In this document: one piece after another, positions 39,501 through 50,407 of the stretch | Position numbering within the stretch: position 1 is the stretch's first letter | How the letters are laid out: every line of letters begins with the position of its first letter | Assembly: GCF_037042905.1 (NCBI RefSeq) | Contig: NC_087251.1 | Span: 13,642,001 to 13,706,000, forward strand | DNA from: Lytechinus pictus | Lineage: Eukaryota | Length of the DNA stretch: 64,000 nt | Direction of reading: 5' to 3' | The notes under the pieces: generated by a model | What the model was told of the DNA's origin: nothing | What the model saw: only the letters and a program-made list of their open reading frames with translations | The model's database searches: none | Position numbers and translations under genes: made by a program

Positions 39501-42500
39501 TGTACAAGCAATGTTAATCTACAACATCCATAAACAAGGACAGGGAATGCTGATTGGTCAAACAATGGCATATACACAAGTGTTCTTCATAATCATTTTA
39601 GAGAACAATACATGTATGAAAGGATATACATGACTAGTCAATAGCATACTTTGCTTTCCATAATTGAGATCAGTTGGACCGATTGCAACTTTTAGTAAGA
39701 CAGGGCCCCGGAAGCAATGCTATTTTTTCCTGACTGATTAAAAACGTACCTGAAATCTTGTCCTCTCAGAGGCAAACTGCTGATAATGGCACATGGCATC
39801 CAGGACCTTCTTGTGGCCCCCAGGAACGAGACAGACACCGCCCATGATCTCCAGGACAGCTATCTTGGTCTTGATATTCTCTGTGATCATGCTTTGTGAG
39901 ATGATGTTGATGGAGGTTGGATGGGCCAGGACATTGGCTCGCCCGAGCTGCACAGGAAGAAAGGAGGGTTAATGAAAGAAAGGAAGAATTAAAACATTAT
40001 CTTCCACAAAATGATTAACCAAACTTACAAAACTGAGATGGATGGAAATGTTGAACGCTTTGCCAATCTCCACCCAGGTGTTCAGTACCTGGTAGAATGC
40101 TGATTGCAGAAGTCATTGAATTTGCTAAGCATTGTGAGTACCTCATACACTAACGGACTGGAATATTTCCCTGGAAGAGGAGAATGTGTATACAATGTAT
40201 GTCAGATAAAAAAAATGAAATCTAATGAATGATTAATAAATATCAGTAAGCGATGAGATACTTTTAAACAGACTTACAAATATCTGGATTATTATCATGA
40301 ATGTGCTTCAACACTCAGAATGAGAATATTAGGGAATAGTTTTGGATAATTATGGCTCCACCTCTGCAGTCATATTCTTATTTATAATATTGACAAATAT
40401 ATCATTAAAATACAATGTGTAATTACTGATGGTTTATTTTCCTAATCATACAGCAAGAAAGCTGGTAAATAATAAGAGCCTCCACATATATGCTATAAAC
40501 TTGATATTGATAATTATCTTGGTAACATTGCTAAATAACCAATCAAAGTTGTCATTGAATTTTAAGTTATCACTATGGCCCAGGTGACCAATGAATTTGG
40601 TTCCTCTCAGGGGGACCTGGTGGAAGTTGAATATCTGCAATAGTGCATACATGTACCTCCTCTTATCGCTCTTTCTTCTTTACAGATCAAATGGTAAAAT
40701 TAGTTAAATAAAATGACATATTATTTTGTTTACCAAACATCTATCCAAATCTTAACCTATATAAAGGATAGTAATTTTATCATTCTTACAAGTCAATGGA
40801 CTAGTGTACATGAACTATAGAAAGTGCACCAAAATGACGTAATTAGCACTTTTTACGCTGATTAAAAAGGGCCAATCAATATTTGGAAGTACATGTACAT
40901 TCAAAGACAAAGAAATGAATGCCAAAATATCCATGGTCACTCTCTTTACAAATAAAAACAAAAATATGTTTTGTAAATATACTTCTAGTCTTTTTTCCCC
41001 TGTAAAAATGCAATAAACTGAAGGTGTTAAGATACCACATGGCGGCTAACTTCACACCAACGTAAGCATTGGGACATGGGGCAACGCCTCACTGAAGTCG
41101 TCAACCAATTACTTGGCTGCCATCTGCTCAGCTATCACTACTGTAAAGCGATGATATTGTGAGGGTGTGGGAAAAGTGCCTTTTTAAAAACCCTTTTTGG
41201 TATAAACTATAAAAATATAATAAATGTTTCATCCTTTGCTTAATTGTTCACTCTTCTTGTTTTCTTTTGGGGATATATAGTTAGAAAGTAATGCATTGCA
41301 GCAATTACATATTTATATTCATCCCAAAGTTCTCTGAATTTTGTTTGAGTAGTAATAAAAATCATGGCTTTGGCTCTGTGTTAATACAAATTTCAAGTAT
41401 TCACATTCTAAATTTTCCTTATGTTAAAAATATCATTGAATTGATATTTTAATTAGTCATCCCCACATAAAAGCAAAACAGATACGGATATCAGAATTGC
41501 AATATGAAACTTTTTTTAATTTTATTCATGTTATTTTTGGTAGAATTTCTACAGCTTCTCAACATTGCACAATGTGATTTCTAATGATCCTCAATGTCAA
41601 AATTGTTTTTATAAGATCATTGGGAGGATTAATCAGTAAGCCGATGCAATATCCAAAGTGAATCTATTTAATCTCATAGCAAAGGATGGTCAGGAAGGAA
41701 ATCAATGGATGCTCTATACTCAGAAACGAAATGAGTCAGTGGCTCATAAATCACATAGACTGGCTGTATACACCATGGGATGTGTCAGGCATGGTACATC
41801 CTACGAGTAAACTTCATGTTAAGATGTGTTGATATGCATGTTCTAGAAGACATTTGTTTTTTTACATGGGATTTTTTTTGTCTTGCAACTGAGCCTGCAT
41901 ACATCAACCTTCTTAAAGTCACATAATCACCTCAATCAAAACAATGTTTTAAAGCAATATTCAGTGAAGCACATATTATGTACTTTCTAGATATAATTGC
42001 TCATATGTTGAATAAATTTCTATGATCCCAACAAATTTGATTTACCTGTATCTTCAATTATTGTTCATTTCAAATTGCATTTAGAAAAGGTCTACTAACC
42101 AGAGCTACTTGTATTTTCAACGTTTTTGGGCCAAATAACATCCCCCTGTCCATACTTTCTTTTAAATTGTTTTAATCTTGTATTAATTCAAAAGTTCAAC
42201 ACTGTACTGAATGAGTATCACAAGCAAGCAAGACAGGATATTTCACACTGAGAAAATAAGCTAAAGTGAATTGAGTATCCTAAAAGCAGCATAAAGGGGG
42301 AAACTTGAGTTTTGATCGTGGGAGGGCCATTTTGAGGTTATTCTTAGCATCCCTCTCCCCACTTCCTTCTGGTCTTACAGGATATCACAATTTTATCATA
42401 TAATTGATGACCTGTTAGACTCTCCTTCACGCTTTAATGGTATTCATCTTTCATCTAGAGGATTCTTAAATATTCTGTTTTAAAGCGGGTATTTTTTCAA

Positions 42501-45500
42501 AATAAAGAAGCATTATGAAATCGTAACAAAATATATACCTTGAAGTGTAATGTTACCCAATAATTTGGTTTATTCTTAATTGATTTCATGCAAGTTTTAT
42601 TATTCATGTTTATCACTCCCCCTCTTTCCTGCTCCCCTATCTTTTCTTTCTTATAATGTTGATTTATAATATCACTTGAAAGATTTGATTCTTTTCTGGT
42701 GCAAAACACATTACAGAATACTCTAAACTATTACTTAGGTAACTTGAACATGTCCTGAAAATATTTCTTTTGATAATTCATTAATGGAAATGGAATTTGC
42801 TGTCATTTCAGTATGAGGAAATAAACATTACCTTGGATTTAAACACCGCTAAAATTACTTTATTGAACATACTTCTTATCAGCTGCTATGAAACTTGCAT
42901 GTTAATAGCCTCTTTCAGTTTTGTTCACTTTCTCCATTTGAAATCAATCTCACCATTAGTCAACTACCAAAATAATTTTATTTTTCTTTTGATCTATTGT
43001 AATGTGAATTGTTGCTTGTTAATATGACATCCGTTTTCATAATACATGTACCATAAATTCAAAGATAATGAACATGCTAGTAAGTTTCATGTATATTTCA
43101 AGGAGTTCATCAAGCATGTGTAGTGACAATTACATCAGTACAAATGATGGCACTAAGTTCCTGATATTATAGCTCCCCATTCCAAGCTCAAATTTAAATC
43201 AGGTTAGATCTTAACCGTCAACAGGGGAAACATATACAGTCCTCATTTTTTATTTTTAGAATTTTTTAATCTAATCTTTTACATATATATTGAAAATATA
43301 TATTTTTTCTCTGGTACATTTTTCTTAACGCTTGTTTATCTTTATTAAGACATGTATGGAATCACACTCTGAAACCTCAAATGTTTATCAGTTTTATGAT
43401 ACATTCGTGGATTATTGCATGTTATTGTTAATCCAAGGATGAGATTCATTCACATTCAACATGAACAGATAAATCTGTTAGGATTTTGCACATTGCTGCA
43501 CTTGTTATCATTCTCATCTAAAATTTATAAGTGCATGGTAAATATTACAATTAATGTATTACTTAATACTTGGGGTTCCTGATAGACCTTACCAGATTAT
43601 CTAATAAGTCAGGCACCTAATGTCTACCACATATGTGAATGAGTTAACAAATGGCAACAACGTAACATGAGTTTTACCGCAACGGTGTGTAACAGACATC
43701 CAGGCCATGCGACATTATCGGTGTGAACAGGGGCAGCAATGTGATATTTTGGTATCATTGCGTGTGGATGGGAAGTTCACATTGAGAGATAACCATCATA
43801 CACCTGCTAGATGGGATCAGATAAAGGTTTCCGTTTGCGTCAAATCTAAAATCTCAGAAAGTGTTTGCTTTAGGAAGGGGATAACTAGCAATCCATACCT
43901 TTGTACACAGTGGATAATCTTCACCATCTTTTTGTCATGATATCACATAAAAAAGTCTTTGTTCTTACCTTGTTGAATAATGTGCACAGGGGGGGCCTAA
44001 ACTTGGGGATATAATTTTTTTATTTTCATAATCACAAAGCTTAAATTCTTAGGTTGTTGAAATTAGGTGCATCAATTTTCCAAATCTGACACAGACCTCG
44101 GCCTAAGATTTGTCTCATTTGAATCTCCTTTAACCCTAATAGAGCATCCCAACATGCCTTTTGGGGCTAACATTTACCATACTGATACTTGATCACTTAG
44201 TCATAGTTGGATACCAAATTTCTCATTCAAATAATCCTGAAAGCTTTTTGGCTGTTTTGCAGATAGTTTTTTGTTTAAATGCAACTCAGAAACTCATGTC
44301 CATGTCCGAATGTCCCTTTCTTCTTGGTTAAAAATCAAGCTGAATTTGATTTTTTTGGAACAAAGTATAATGCAACCCTTTTTGCTATGGGCCCCAGAGT
44401 ATTAAAATATTTAAACGAACTATTCATGAGAATGTCACAATACTTCTCATGAATATTCATGAGGGACTAGTCATACTTACTGAATTATTCATGAGGGCTT
44501 TGATACAGCCAATGACTGATGTGTGGATTGGGCTCTCCATGGTTTCATAGTCCATCTTCTCCAAGAAGTTGAGGAGAACGGAGAGGCCATCTAGATCTAG
44601 GAACCTCATTACAAACCTACAACAAATAAAGGTGATTGAGAGGAGTATAAAAGGGTTATTTTAGGAAAATAAAGGCAATGCTGAGATGTTACCCCTCTAT
44701 AAAGATGGCTTAAGAGTGCCAAGTTGTGGTAACCAATACTCATTTCATAGCTTTCAAGGGAGATTCACTTCATTGTCCCATTAGAGTTGTTTTTATGTAA
44801 ATCAGTCTGGAATCAATTTGCAAAATTAAATGCTGAAAATTCCAAAAATGTTGTTTATCTACCTTACATCATATCAAATAGATTATTTATGCCAATGTAT
44901 ATTATGAGAATATTGATCCAGACACCAATCTAACTTTATCTCTAGGGATTAATTTAAACTAATGACAAATTAAGGGTGCATTTACATTTAATTTTCAAAG
45001 ACAAATATAGATGGAAAGCAGCAATCATCAATGTGTTTTGTTCATGCTCTACTTTTATGGGTTTGAGAGATTGCTGATAAACCAGACAAGGATTTCAGAG
45101 AGGGTTGATCACATAGCACAAAACTTGCAGATGGCAAAGGCAAATTATCATGTGAAATCTTACATGAACACATTTACAAGTGATGTTGTGATTCATACTC
45201 TGATTGAACCAATGCAGCATAAATAACTACCAACATCCCAATCTAGGGACGGACAGACTTACTTCATAGGTTGTGTCCTGAGTGCAGTCTTGAGACTGTC
45301 AACCACCTTCGTCCTGTTAGCAACTTCATCTTCCCCTGATGTGGAAACAAGCTGTAACAACATTGATACAATAAACGTGAAAATATATCACTTAAAAAAT
45401 CACTTTGTATGGAAGAAGGCATATTACCGGTATACAATGAACAAAATATGTAAGGCCGCCAGAGGAGGTAGTTGGAACTATGGTGACGCTAGAATGCGAC

Positions 45501-47152
45501 TATTTTCCTCAGGGGTGCAGCCCTGAAGGAAAATGGTTGCATTCACACCAATATTAAAGGGGACCATAGTTTGACCAAACCTCTGATCGGAGGAGTATAT
45601 ATTTGGTTTATATCCGTCATCGCGATTATCATCATTAAATACAACAGATAAGAAATTTAATGAATACATAACAATAAGGATCTAGGCCTTTGAGTGAGAA
45701 ATCATTAATAAGATTTGATAAAAGTGGCATGATTGACCATTGTGTGTTTAGGCACACTGTTGCAATCTCCATGGGACTGATTTAAGCCAGTCTAGATCTG
45801 GATGTTAGTAGTTATTTTATTTTCACCTTCTCCTACTACTAGAAGTTAGTACTAGAAGGTGAAAAGAGAGAGAGGACTGATATATTGGTGAGTGTATAGG
45901 GTTTTCAAAACAAATAACTACTAACGTCCAGATCTAGACTAAACCCTGCCCATCAAGCCGTAGATAGGCTTGTGTCATCAGATGTCGGAATTCATGGCAT
46001 TTTTGCCAATTTCAGGACATTGGTTGGAACTATGGTCACATGACAGGGTTTAGACCAATTACCTATTTAGATTTTTATTATGACGGATGTAATGAGAACT
46101 ATCCACTTGGAGCCAAAATTTAAAAATATATCTAACATGGTCTTGCGGTTTATTTCCAATTCGTCTAATGCCAGTTCGTCCTATTGCCGACTTCTCTACT
46201 ATCATTTGGTCTTACATCAGTTCGTCCACTATCCACATGGTCTAATTGCCAATTCGTCCACTCACCATTTCATCTAATAACCAGTTGGTCCAATAGCCAT
46301 TTAGTCCATATACCATTTGGTCTAATTGGATTAAGTGTTAATTGTGCAAAATGAATGAAAATGAAATGAATATTAGACCAACTGGTTATAAGACGAAATG
46401 GTCATAGACAAAATGGTGATTAGACGAAGTGATGATTGGACTAAATGGAGTTAGACGAAATGTTGTTGGATGGAATGGCATTAGACTAAATGAAAGTAGA
46501 CCATGTGGTGAGTGAACAAGTTGGCAGTAGATGAAATGGCAATATACCGGTCTAACAATAAGTTTTTCTAATTGCCATTTGAATTTTCTCACCCAGTGAT
46601 AGGCTATTCTCAGAATCAAAACTATCTAATGTGTTTCGTTGATTTTGCATTTTTGTTGGTCTCTTCATATACTTATCTTCTCTTGATTTAAATTTCAGAA
46701 TGAATTATATGTATGCTTGCCAATGTTGCCCTCTGTTTTTGTACAGTATTCCTATGGGCAAAGCCCTGGAAAGCTCGAGAGGGCAATATGGCGAATGTTT
46801 ACCCCGTTGGTCTCCGGATTGAAAGTAGGGATTGAAATATGACCTTTATTCTTCTACAAAAATGCCTTGTGTACGCAATAATTCATAATGTTAACCTGAG
46901 AAGGAAGGAATTGACAAAGTTGCAGATTGCAAAGAAAATCACTTTTCTAGTCAAAATTCATGTATGAACACTAACAGACATAAATCACCATTAACACATG
47001 TTAATATTACAAAAACTCCATCAGTGATTTTTATTTGAAATTTACGATTTTAAATATATTTAAACAAAAAACAACAAACTTACTGTCATCATTGCATTGA
47101 TCTGGTCTAGGTAATAATCAGGCCATGATGTTGAGTTTGGCTCTTCTTGCTC
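282..47152 (-). CDS. DAAM1: DAAM-family diaphanous-related formin (co-ortholog of DAAM1/DAAM2), spliced CDS of 21 exons, 5'-partial
   Basis: Join (minus): 47084-47152, 45263-45351, 44481-44616, 39750-39947, 27419-27529, 18155-18258, 17716-17782, 16778-16895, 15346-15528, 14537-14604, 7866-7988, 6806-7025, 6127-6281, 5540-5800, 4491-4686, 4002-4216, 3277-3338, 2754-2814, 1586-1720, 1069-1239, 282-545. All junctions are GT-AG with consistent phases, giving 3006 nt and 1001 aa. DAAM-like motifs: [104 protein letters not shown]. Confidence 0.96.
1069..1239 (-). CDS. DAAM1: DAAM exon, FH2 C-terminus
   Basis: [31 protein letters not shown]...KREKE; 171 nt, phase 0/0. Confidence 0.95.
1586..1720 (-). 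CDS. DAAM1: DAAM exon, FH2
   Basis: [45 protein letters not shown]; 135 nt. Not in the ORF track. Confidence 0.93.
1978..2605 (-). mobile_element. Non-autonomous Helentron-type element (HINE / DINE-1-like) with internal tandem array
   Basis: Subterminal inverted repeats ATGCCCCCGC (2008-2017) and GCGGGGGCAT (2596-2605). Inner IR at 2575-2582, (GACG/GACA)n microsatellite at ~2538-2561, hairpin GTGTCC-AAA-GGACAC at 1991-2005, terminal CTAG at 1978-1981, A/T runs on both flanks. Confidence 0.8.
2110..2530. repeat. Tandem repeat, about 3 copies of a 138-140 bp unit
   Basis: GCGGACTCC(G/A)AATTC(G/A)AACTTAGCCTGTATTTTGGTGTCATCTACCTACACAC recurs three times. Unit starts at ~2115, 2253 and 2391. Confidence 0.95.
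2754..2814 (-). CDS. DAAM1: DAAM exon, FH2
   Basis: (N)[20 protein letters not shown]; 61 nt, phases fit the neighbouring exons. Confidence 0.92.
3277..3338 (-). CDS. DAAM1: DAAM exon, FH2
   Basis: [20 protein letters not shown](N); 62 nt. Confidence 0.93.
3522..3657. mobile_element. Degenerate short MITE-like repeat (related to 39141-39265)
   Basis: Imperfect inverted ends (CTGGCCCCACAACAC / GTGTTACAGGACCCTG) and internal TTAGC-ATTGAT-type motifs shared with the 39.1 kb copy. Confidence 0.4.
4002..4216 (-). CDS. DAAM1: DAAM exon, FH2 (GNYMN post motif)
   Basis: [53 protein letters not shown]...LEKK; 215 nt. Confidence 0.97.
4491..4686 (-). CDS. DAAM1: DAAM exon, FH2
   Basis: [14 protein letters not shown]...[30 protein letters not shown]...PKVE; 196 nt. 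Confidence 0.96.
5540..5800 (-). CDS. DAAM1: DAAM exon, FH2
   Basis: [19 protein letters not shown]...[18 protein letters not shown]...PKDMVEQ; 261 nt. Confidence 0.96.
5984..6121. repeat. Imperfect (CAT/CAC)n microsatellite in intron
   Basis: catcatcaccatcatcat... run immediately next to the donor site at 6126. Confidence 0.9.
6127..6281 (-). CDS. DAAM1: DAAM exon, FH1 end and FH2 lasso
   Basis: (G)[51 protein letters not shown]; 155 nt. Confidence 0.96.
6806..7025 (-). CDS. DAAM1: DAAM exon, proline-rich FH1
   Basis: [35 protein letters not shown]... with four poly-Pro tracts; 220 nt, cccag| acceptor and |gtaag donor. Confidence 0.95.
7866..7988 (-). CDS. DAAM1: DAAM exon, coiled coil
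   Basis: [41 protein letters not shown]; 123 nt, phase 0/0. Confidence 0.9.
13758..13845 (-). repeat. (TAA)n microsatellite adjoining a retroposon-like 3' tail
   Basis: The TAA run is followed by TTTATATAGTGCTT, the reverse complement of the AAGCGCTATATAAA tail motif seen in other SINE copies here. Confidence 0.6.
14537..14604 (-). CDS. DAAM1: DAAM exon, coiled coil
   Basis: (E)[22 protein letters not shown]; 68 nt. Confidence 0.92.
14898..15279. mobile_element. MITE, PIF/Harbinger-like, copy 1
   Basis: TIRs TACCCCTTTCATAAACCC / GGGTTTATGAAAGGGGTA with TAA on both flanks. Near-identical copy at 23326-23698. Confidence 0.9.
15346..15528 (-). CDS. DAAM1: DAAM exon, FH3 end / dimerisation region
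   Basis: [47 protein letters not shown]...EERER; 183 nt. Confidence 0.94.
16778..16895 (-). CDS. DAAM1: DAAM exon, FH3
   Basis: [39 protein letters not shown]; 118 nt. Confidence 0.95.
17150..17227. repeat. Perfect 39-bp tandem duplication
   Basis: AAGCCTATCTATTACAAAGTTGGAGCATTTTCTTCATTT occurs twice in tandem. Confidence 0.95.
17716..17782 (-). CDS. DAAM1: DAAM exon, FH3
   Basis: (R)[22 protein letters not shown]; 67 nt. Confidence 0.95.
18155..18258 (-). CDS. DAAM1: DAAM exon, FH3
   Basis: [34 protein letters not shown](R); 104 nt. Confidence 0.96.
20653..21197. mobile_element. TTAA-target MITE with AGG...CCT ends (Kolobok/T2-like), nested in the hAT element
   Basis: TTAA|AGGACAAGTCCACCCCA ... 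TGGGGTGGATTTGACCT|TTAA, with long imperfect inverted arms (e.g. GCTGAAAATTTCATC / GATGAAATTTTCAGC). Confidence 0.88.
21335..21365. mobile_element. 31-bp palindromic insert with 7-bp TSD (P-element-like footprint)
   Basis: ATATTAC|CATGGAGCTATCA-ACACA-TGATAGCTCCATG|ATATTAC. Confidence 0.7.
21651..21883 (+). mobile_element. 5'-truncated SINE with LINE-like tail, nested in the hAT element
   Basis: Starts at GGGTACC and ends GTAAAGCGCTTAGACAC...AAGCGCTATATAAA...(TAT)n. A diverged relative lies at ~40068-40296. Confidence 0.7.
23140..23782 (-). mobile_element. Truncated second HINE-like element interrupted by a MITE
   Basis: TGACCTTTGACC core motif as in the 2.1-kb array, (GCC)n, and terminal IR GTCTCGC...GCAAGAC followed by AAAAA. 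Confidence 0.6.
23326..23698. mobile_element. MITE, PIF/Harbinger-like, copy 2
   Basis: Same TIRs and body as 14898-15279; flanks TTA / TAA. Confidence 0.9.
24900..25310. repeat. Purine-rich (GA) low-complexity tract
   Basis: Strong G/A bias on the + strand (GAGGAAAGGGAGAGGGGGAATAAGAAGAGGAAGGGG...). Confidence 0.75.
27419..27529 (-). CDS. DAAM1: DAAM exon, FH3
   Basis: [37 protein letters not shown]; 111 nt, phase 0/0. Confidence 0.95.
30685..30950 (+). mobile_element. tRNA-derived SINE
   Basis: A box TGGCCCAGTGG and B box GGTTCGAATCC, then a tRNA-unrelated body with GACCCAGGTGAGATGAATGGGTACC and a GCGCTATATAAG tail. Confidence 0.85.
30979..31085. repeat. Inverted repeat: 35-bp arms, 37-nt spacer
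   Basis: 30979-31013 pairs with 31051-31085 at 33/35 positions; TTAAT on both flanks. Confidence 0.9.
31403..31582. mobile_element. Short degenerate TIR element with TAG...CTA ends
   Basis: TAGTCTGCAGGGACAGAC / GTCTGCACTTGCAGACTA; no clear TSD. Confidence 0.5.
31710..31724. mobile_element. One-armed 15-bp insert between 7-bp direct repeats (P-like footprint)
   Basis: AAATAAC|CATGGACCTATTACA|AAATAAC. The arm is identical to the left arm at 55699. Confidence 0.55.
32308..32558 (-). mobile_element. tRNA-derived SINE, diverged, same family as 30685-30950
   Basis: The reverse complement contains GGGTTCAAATCCCAGC, TGTGCTGCACTCAACCCAGGTGAGATGAAAGGGTACC and an (ATT)n tail. Confidence 0.8.
39409..39710. 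mobile_element. MITE with GGGCCCTGTCTTAC TIRs
   Basis: GGGCCCTGTCTTAC / GTAAGACAGGGCCC, plus internal inverted TATGGAAAGC / GCTTTCCATA. Confidence 0.75.
39750..39947 (-). CDS. DAAM1: DAAM exon, GBD/FH3
   Basis: [66 protein letters not shown]; 198 nt. Confidence 0.97.
40068..40296 (+). mobile_element. Highly diverged SINE remnant related to 21651-21883
   Basis: Colinear motifs CTCCACCCAGGTG, GAAGTCATTG, GACTGGAATA, TTAATAAATATC.GTAAGCG and GGATTATTAT. Confidence 0.55.
44481..44616 (-). CDS. DAAM1: DAAM exon, GBD
   Basis: (K)[45 protein letters not shown]; 136 nt. Confidence 0.96.
45263..45351 (-). CDS. DAAM1: DAAM exon, GBD
   Basis: [29 protein letters not shown](K); 89 nt. Confidence 0.95.
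45788..45941. mobile_element. ~154-bp MITE
   Basis: ~29-bp TIRs AGTCTAGATCTGGATGTTAGTAGTTATTT / AAATAACTACTAACGTCCAGATCTAGACT, with internal IR TTTCACCTTCT / AGAAGGTGAAA. Confidence 0.8.
46146..46549. mobile_element. Foldback-type element with inverted arms built from ~15-bp subrepeats
   Basis: The left arm repeats CCA(T/A)TT(C/G)GTCTA-like units and the right arm repeats TAGAC(G/C)AAATGG-like units. Ends CGGTTTATTTCCA / TGGCAATATACCG. Confidence 0.8.
47084..47152 (-). CDS. DAAM1: DAAM exon, GBD (most 5' exon found)
   Basis: [23 protein letters not shown]; 69 nt, ttttacag| acceptor and |gtaag donor. Confidence 0.92.
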
Positions 47153-50100
47153 CTGTAAAAATGATAGAAAGAGAGGGAACAATCATTAAATTTGGTAAAT
47201 CTCCATATAACTAAGTATGACATTTATATTATATAAGAAGTTTTTTTACACAATTCAGATGATTGTGGTAACCTTTTTTCTAATTGGAGTCGTACTCAAG
47301 ACTTTCTGAAAAGCATGTGTTTAATCACAGATTCTTATGATAAGAAAAGAGGGAGGGGGCATGATTCTGAATATTTTCGAAAAAATGAGACAACAAAAAA
47401 GTTTGGACAAAATTTTTTTGTTTTTCTTATGTTTTGTACAATGTATGTGTAACTATCCAGATCCATATATCAACCGTCCCTACTGTAATCTGGCATTGAA
47501 GATGGGATGACACCCTTATGTCTAATGATCCAAGCATTGATAGTGAAGAGAAGGATGCATGCACGCTCTAGACATTAACCACTCTGAAACCTAAATATCA
47601 AACCACTCCGGGTCCATTTAATAGCAAAATGGTTTATCCTTCAGAGAAAAAAACCCTGAAACCTATCACTTCTCATTATGTGAGATTCAACATGATGCTT
47701 TCATAGATTTTACATATCAGCTGCATTGTTTAAGAACTATGCATTAGGATGCATTGAGTAATTCATTACACAAACAAAATAACAACAGAAAGAAAAACAA
47801 ACCCACAATAATGAAAGACTGGTAAAAGTGCCTGGCCATCTATTCTTGAAATGAATTAATTCTGATAACTTCACTCCAAAGTTAATGGATTTAAAATAAA
47901 TCTCGATTGGCTATGGTTGGTTATCAAATTATGCTTGGTTTAGATTTAAACCTTAAAGATTTTGAATATAAATCATTTGAGATTTTGAGTAAAACTTTCA
48001 GGATTCAAATTTATGTCGAATCCTTGTAATTCAGGGAGTGCATTTTCATGTATGTTTATCTGTAAATCTCCATAATGGATTAGAAAGAAAATAATTATTC
48101 CTGATTTCTGTTACAATTATCCTGTGGTGTGGATAATATTCATTTTGTCCCATAACAAATGGATTGATGTTCACTTGGCATTAATCGGTATTAAAGCTGC
48201 ATATCATGTTCTACAAAGCAACTTTTTATTTGATTACAGTTTGGGAAAGTGCTCTTCACAAGTTTGAATACAGGCTGACCCAATGATTGCAATCCCTGGT
48301 ACAATATCAATTTATAAATTTCTACACTTGCCATCACATACAGGCCTAATGATTTCATAAATAAACTTCTCACTCACTCACTTGGCAAAATTCTATTGAC
48401 AATTATTTCCTATATTTCAATAAAAGCAGTCAGCTCTCTGGTAATAATAGCTTCAGTTTTTTACTGTGAATTGTTTGTTGCCTGGATCAAAGTATAGGTG
48501 GTTGGCCATCAACAATCCCACAAGATCAAACATCAAAGTCAAATCAATATGACTTTTATGGACAAACAACAATAACAATACATGATACAGCCATATGAGT
48601 GCAGAGCAATACAACATCTTATCGCCATAAAAACTCACTAAAAAATCAATTTTAGTGTCTGGTGTCAGGACGACAAATGGACTGGAAATAATTGCTTGGA
48701 CAATTATCTGGGTTTTTTTTCAGCCAGTACAAAGGGTTTGAAGTCACTTTTCTCATATGGCAAAGTGCTTCATAGCATGTTCAGACTAGAGAAATTCCAT
48801 GGAACAAACACCTGTATGAAATATCATCATAAAAAACAGCATAAAGCAAAGATGGACCAATAAGATACATCGGACAAGACTGAAACATTATTGGCCAACA
48901 AGTGTGTCTTGGAAAGCATTTTTAAAGGGACTCCGACTGTCTAACAACTACTCAGTCAATGCTCACTTTCAAGATGATCTTTACATGAAGTACATGTAGC
49001 TTTCGGATTTGGGCAGAAATAAAAAATTTTCATCAAAAGCAACGCTAAAACATGCACTTTACAATGGAATCTTTTTGTGAATAAATTCTTCTCACCACAA
49101 TAGACAGAGCATGGATCCAAGGATAAATGGACAAAGTAATGTAATAAATGAACATAAGGATACTATTCTTTTAACAATCAATCACTGTTACCTGAACACA
49201 GGTATATACATGGAGCTAGAGGATGTAGGTACCCCATGGTCAAAGTCAAATAAAAATGGGTTTCGTTTGGCTCTATCCACCTGGAATCCTCAAACCAAAT
49301 CAGAATGTAATGAAAAAAGAATTGCTGTTTTATTAAAAACCTTGTTTTCACAACACGAGCTATGAGGGAGTGCTTTAGAGTATAGTCTGGACAACACCCA
49401 CTCTGCAATTGAATACATTGTTCTTGAAATACTACTGACTCTTAATTGAGGGAATAAATTACAATTCTCATAATGATCAGCGAAACTCATTGGCAATACA
49501 CAAGGAATTTGGCATGTTTCTATTATGATCGAAGGCTTCTTTTCATTTACTCTTATAAATTAAAATAAGAATGCTCTACATCTCTGAAAAAACACAAACC
49601 GTTTTTTGTCATGATTCACTACTACGATTCATCATTATTTTTGTGTAGGCCCTACAAAACGAACTTCACATTGCTCCCCTAATTATTTTAAAACATGTTA
49701 AAGTTTCTTTCAGTTTGGCGAACTTTGACGACCTTCATGTATCTGAAACCTGGCCTTCAGGCCGATCAGAATCTAAACTTTCAGAGTGTTGTATCCCCCT
49801 CTATGGTGAATACTTCAAGAAATGACCCGGGCGAGACCACTTATTATAGCTGACAACTCCAATTTGTGTACAATAGAACATTGCTAGTGGCGAATCTGCC
49901 AGGCACACAATAAAACGACACTTATCAAATCTAATAAACACATTCTTGGGAAAGGCACATAACTTCACAATCCCAGAATATTAGGTTTCGTGTCTGAAAT
50001 CATGTGTCATGGGGTCATGTCCCATCCAGTGAATGAATAAATCAAGTCCACAAAAAGCCTGGATTAGGCTTCAATTTCGCTGGCAATACTGATATATTTT

Positions 50101-50407
50101 CTATTTGTTCAAGATAAAATCGCAGGATGGTTTGTATTCATGAAATTCCATGGAAGGATTCATCCATGACAGATATCAATACCTAGAGAATAGTTTATAT
50201 CATCAATCATATTTGAACAAGAGTAGGACCGAGTGGCATACATGTTAGACAATATGTCACAGTTCATTCCACTACCACACTTGTATTCCCAAACAAACCA
50301 TAGTTGCATCCCTTTCTCACTCCTTTATTTGTAAGGTCAAATAGTGGATAAATAAAAATAAATAAATAAGGTTGGGAGTAATCAAAATGCTGTCTATATT
50401 GTTATAC

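Noticed and set aside
49209..49238. CATGGAGCTA...CCATG as a further footprint
   Set aside because: The right arm is degenerate and the flanks match poorly, so it is not supportable.
50149..50168. CATGGA...TCCATG mini-hairpin as a further footprint
   Set aside because: The flanks (GAAATTC / ACAGATA) are not duplicated.
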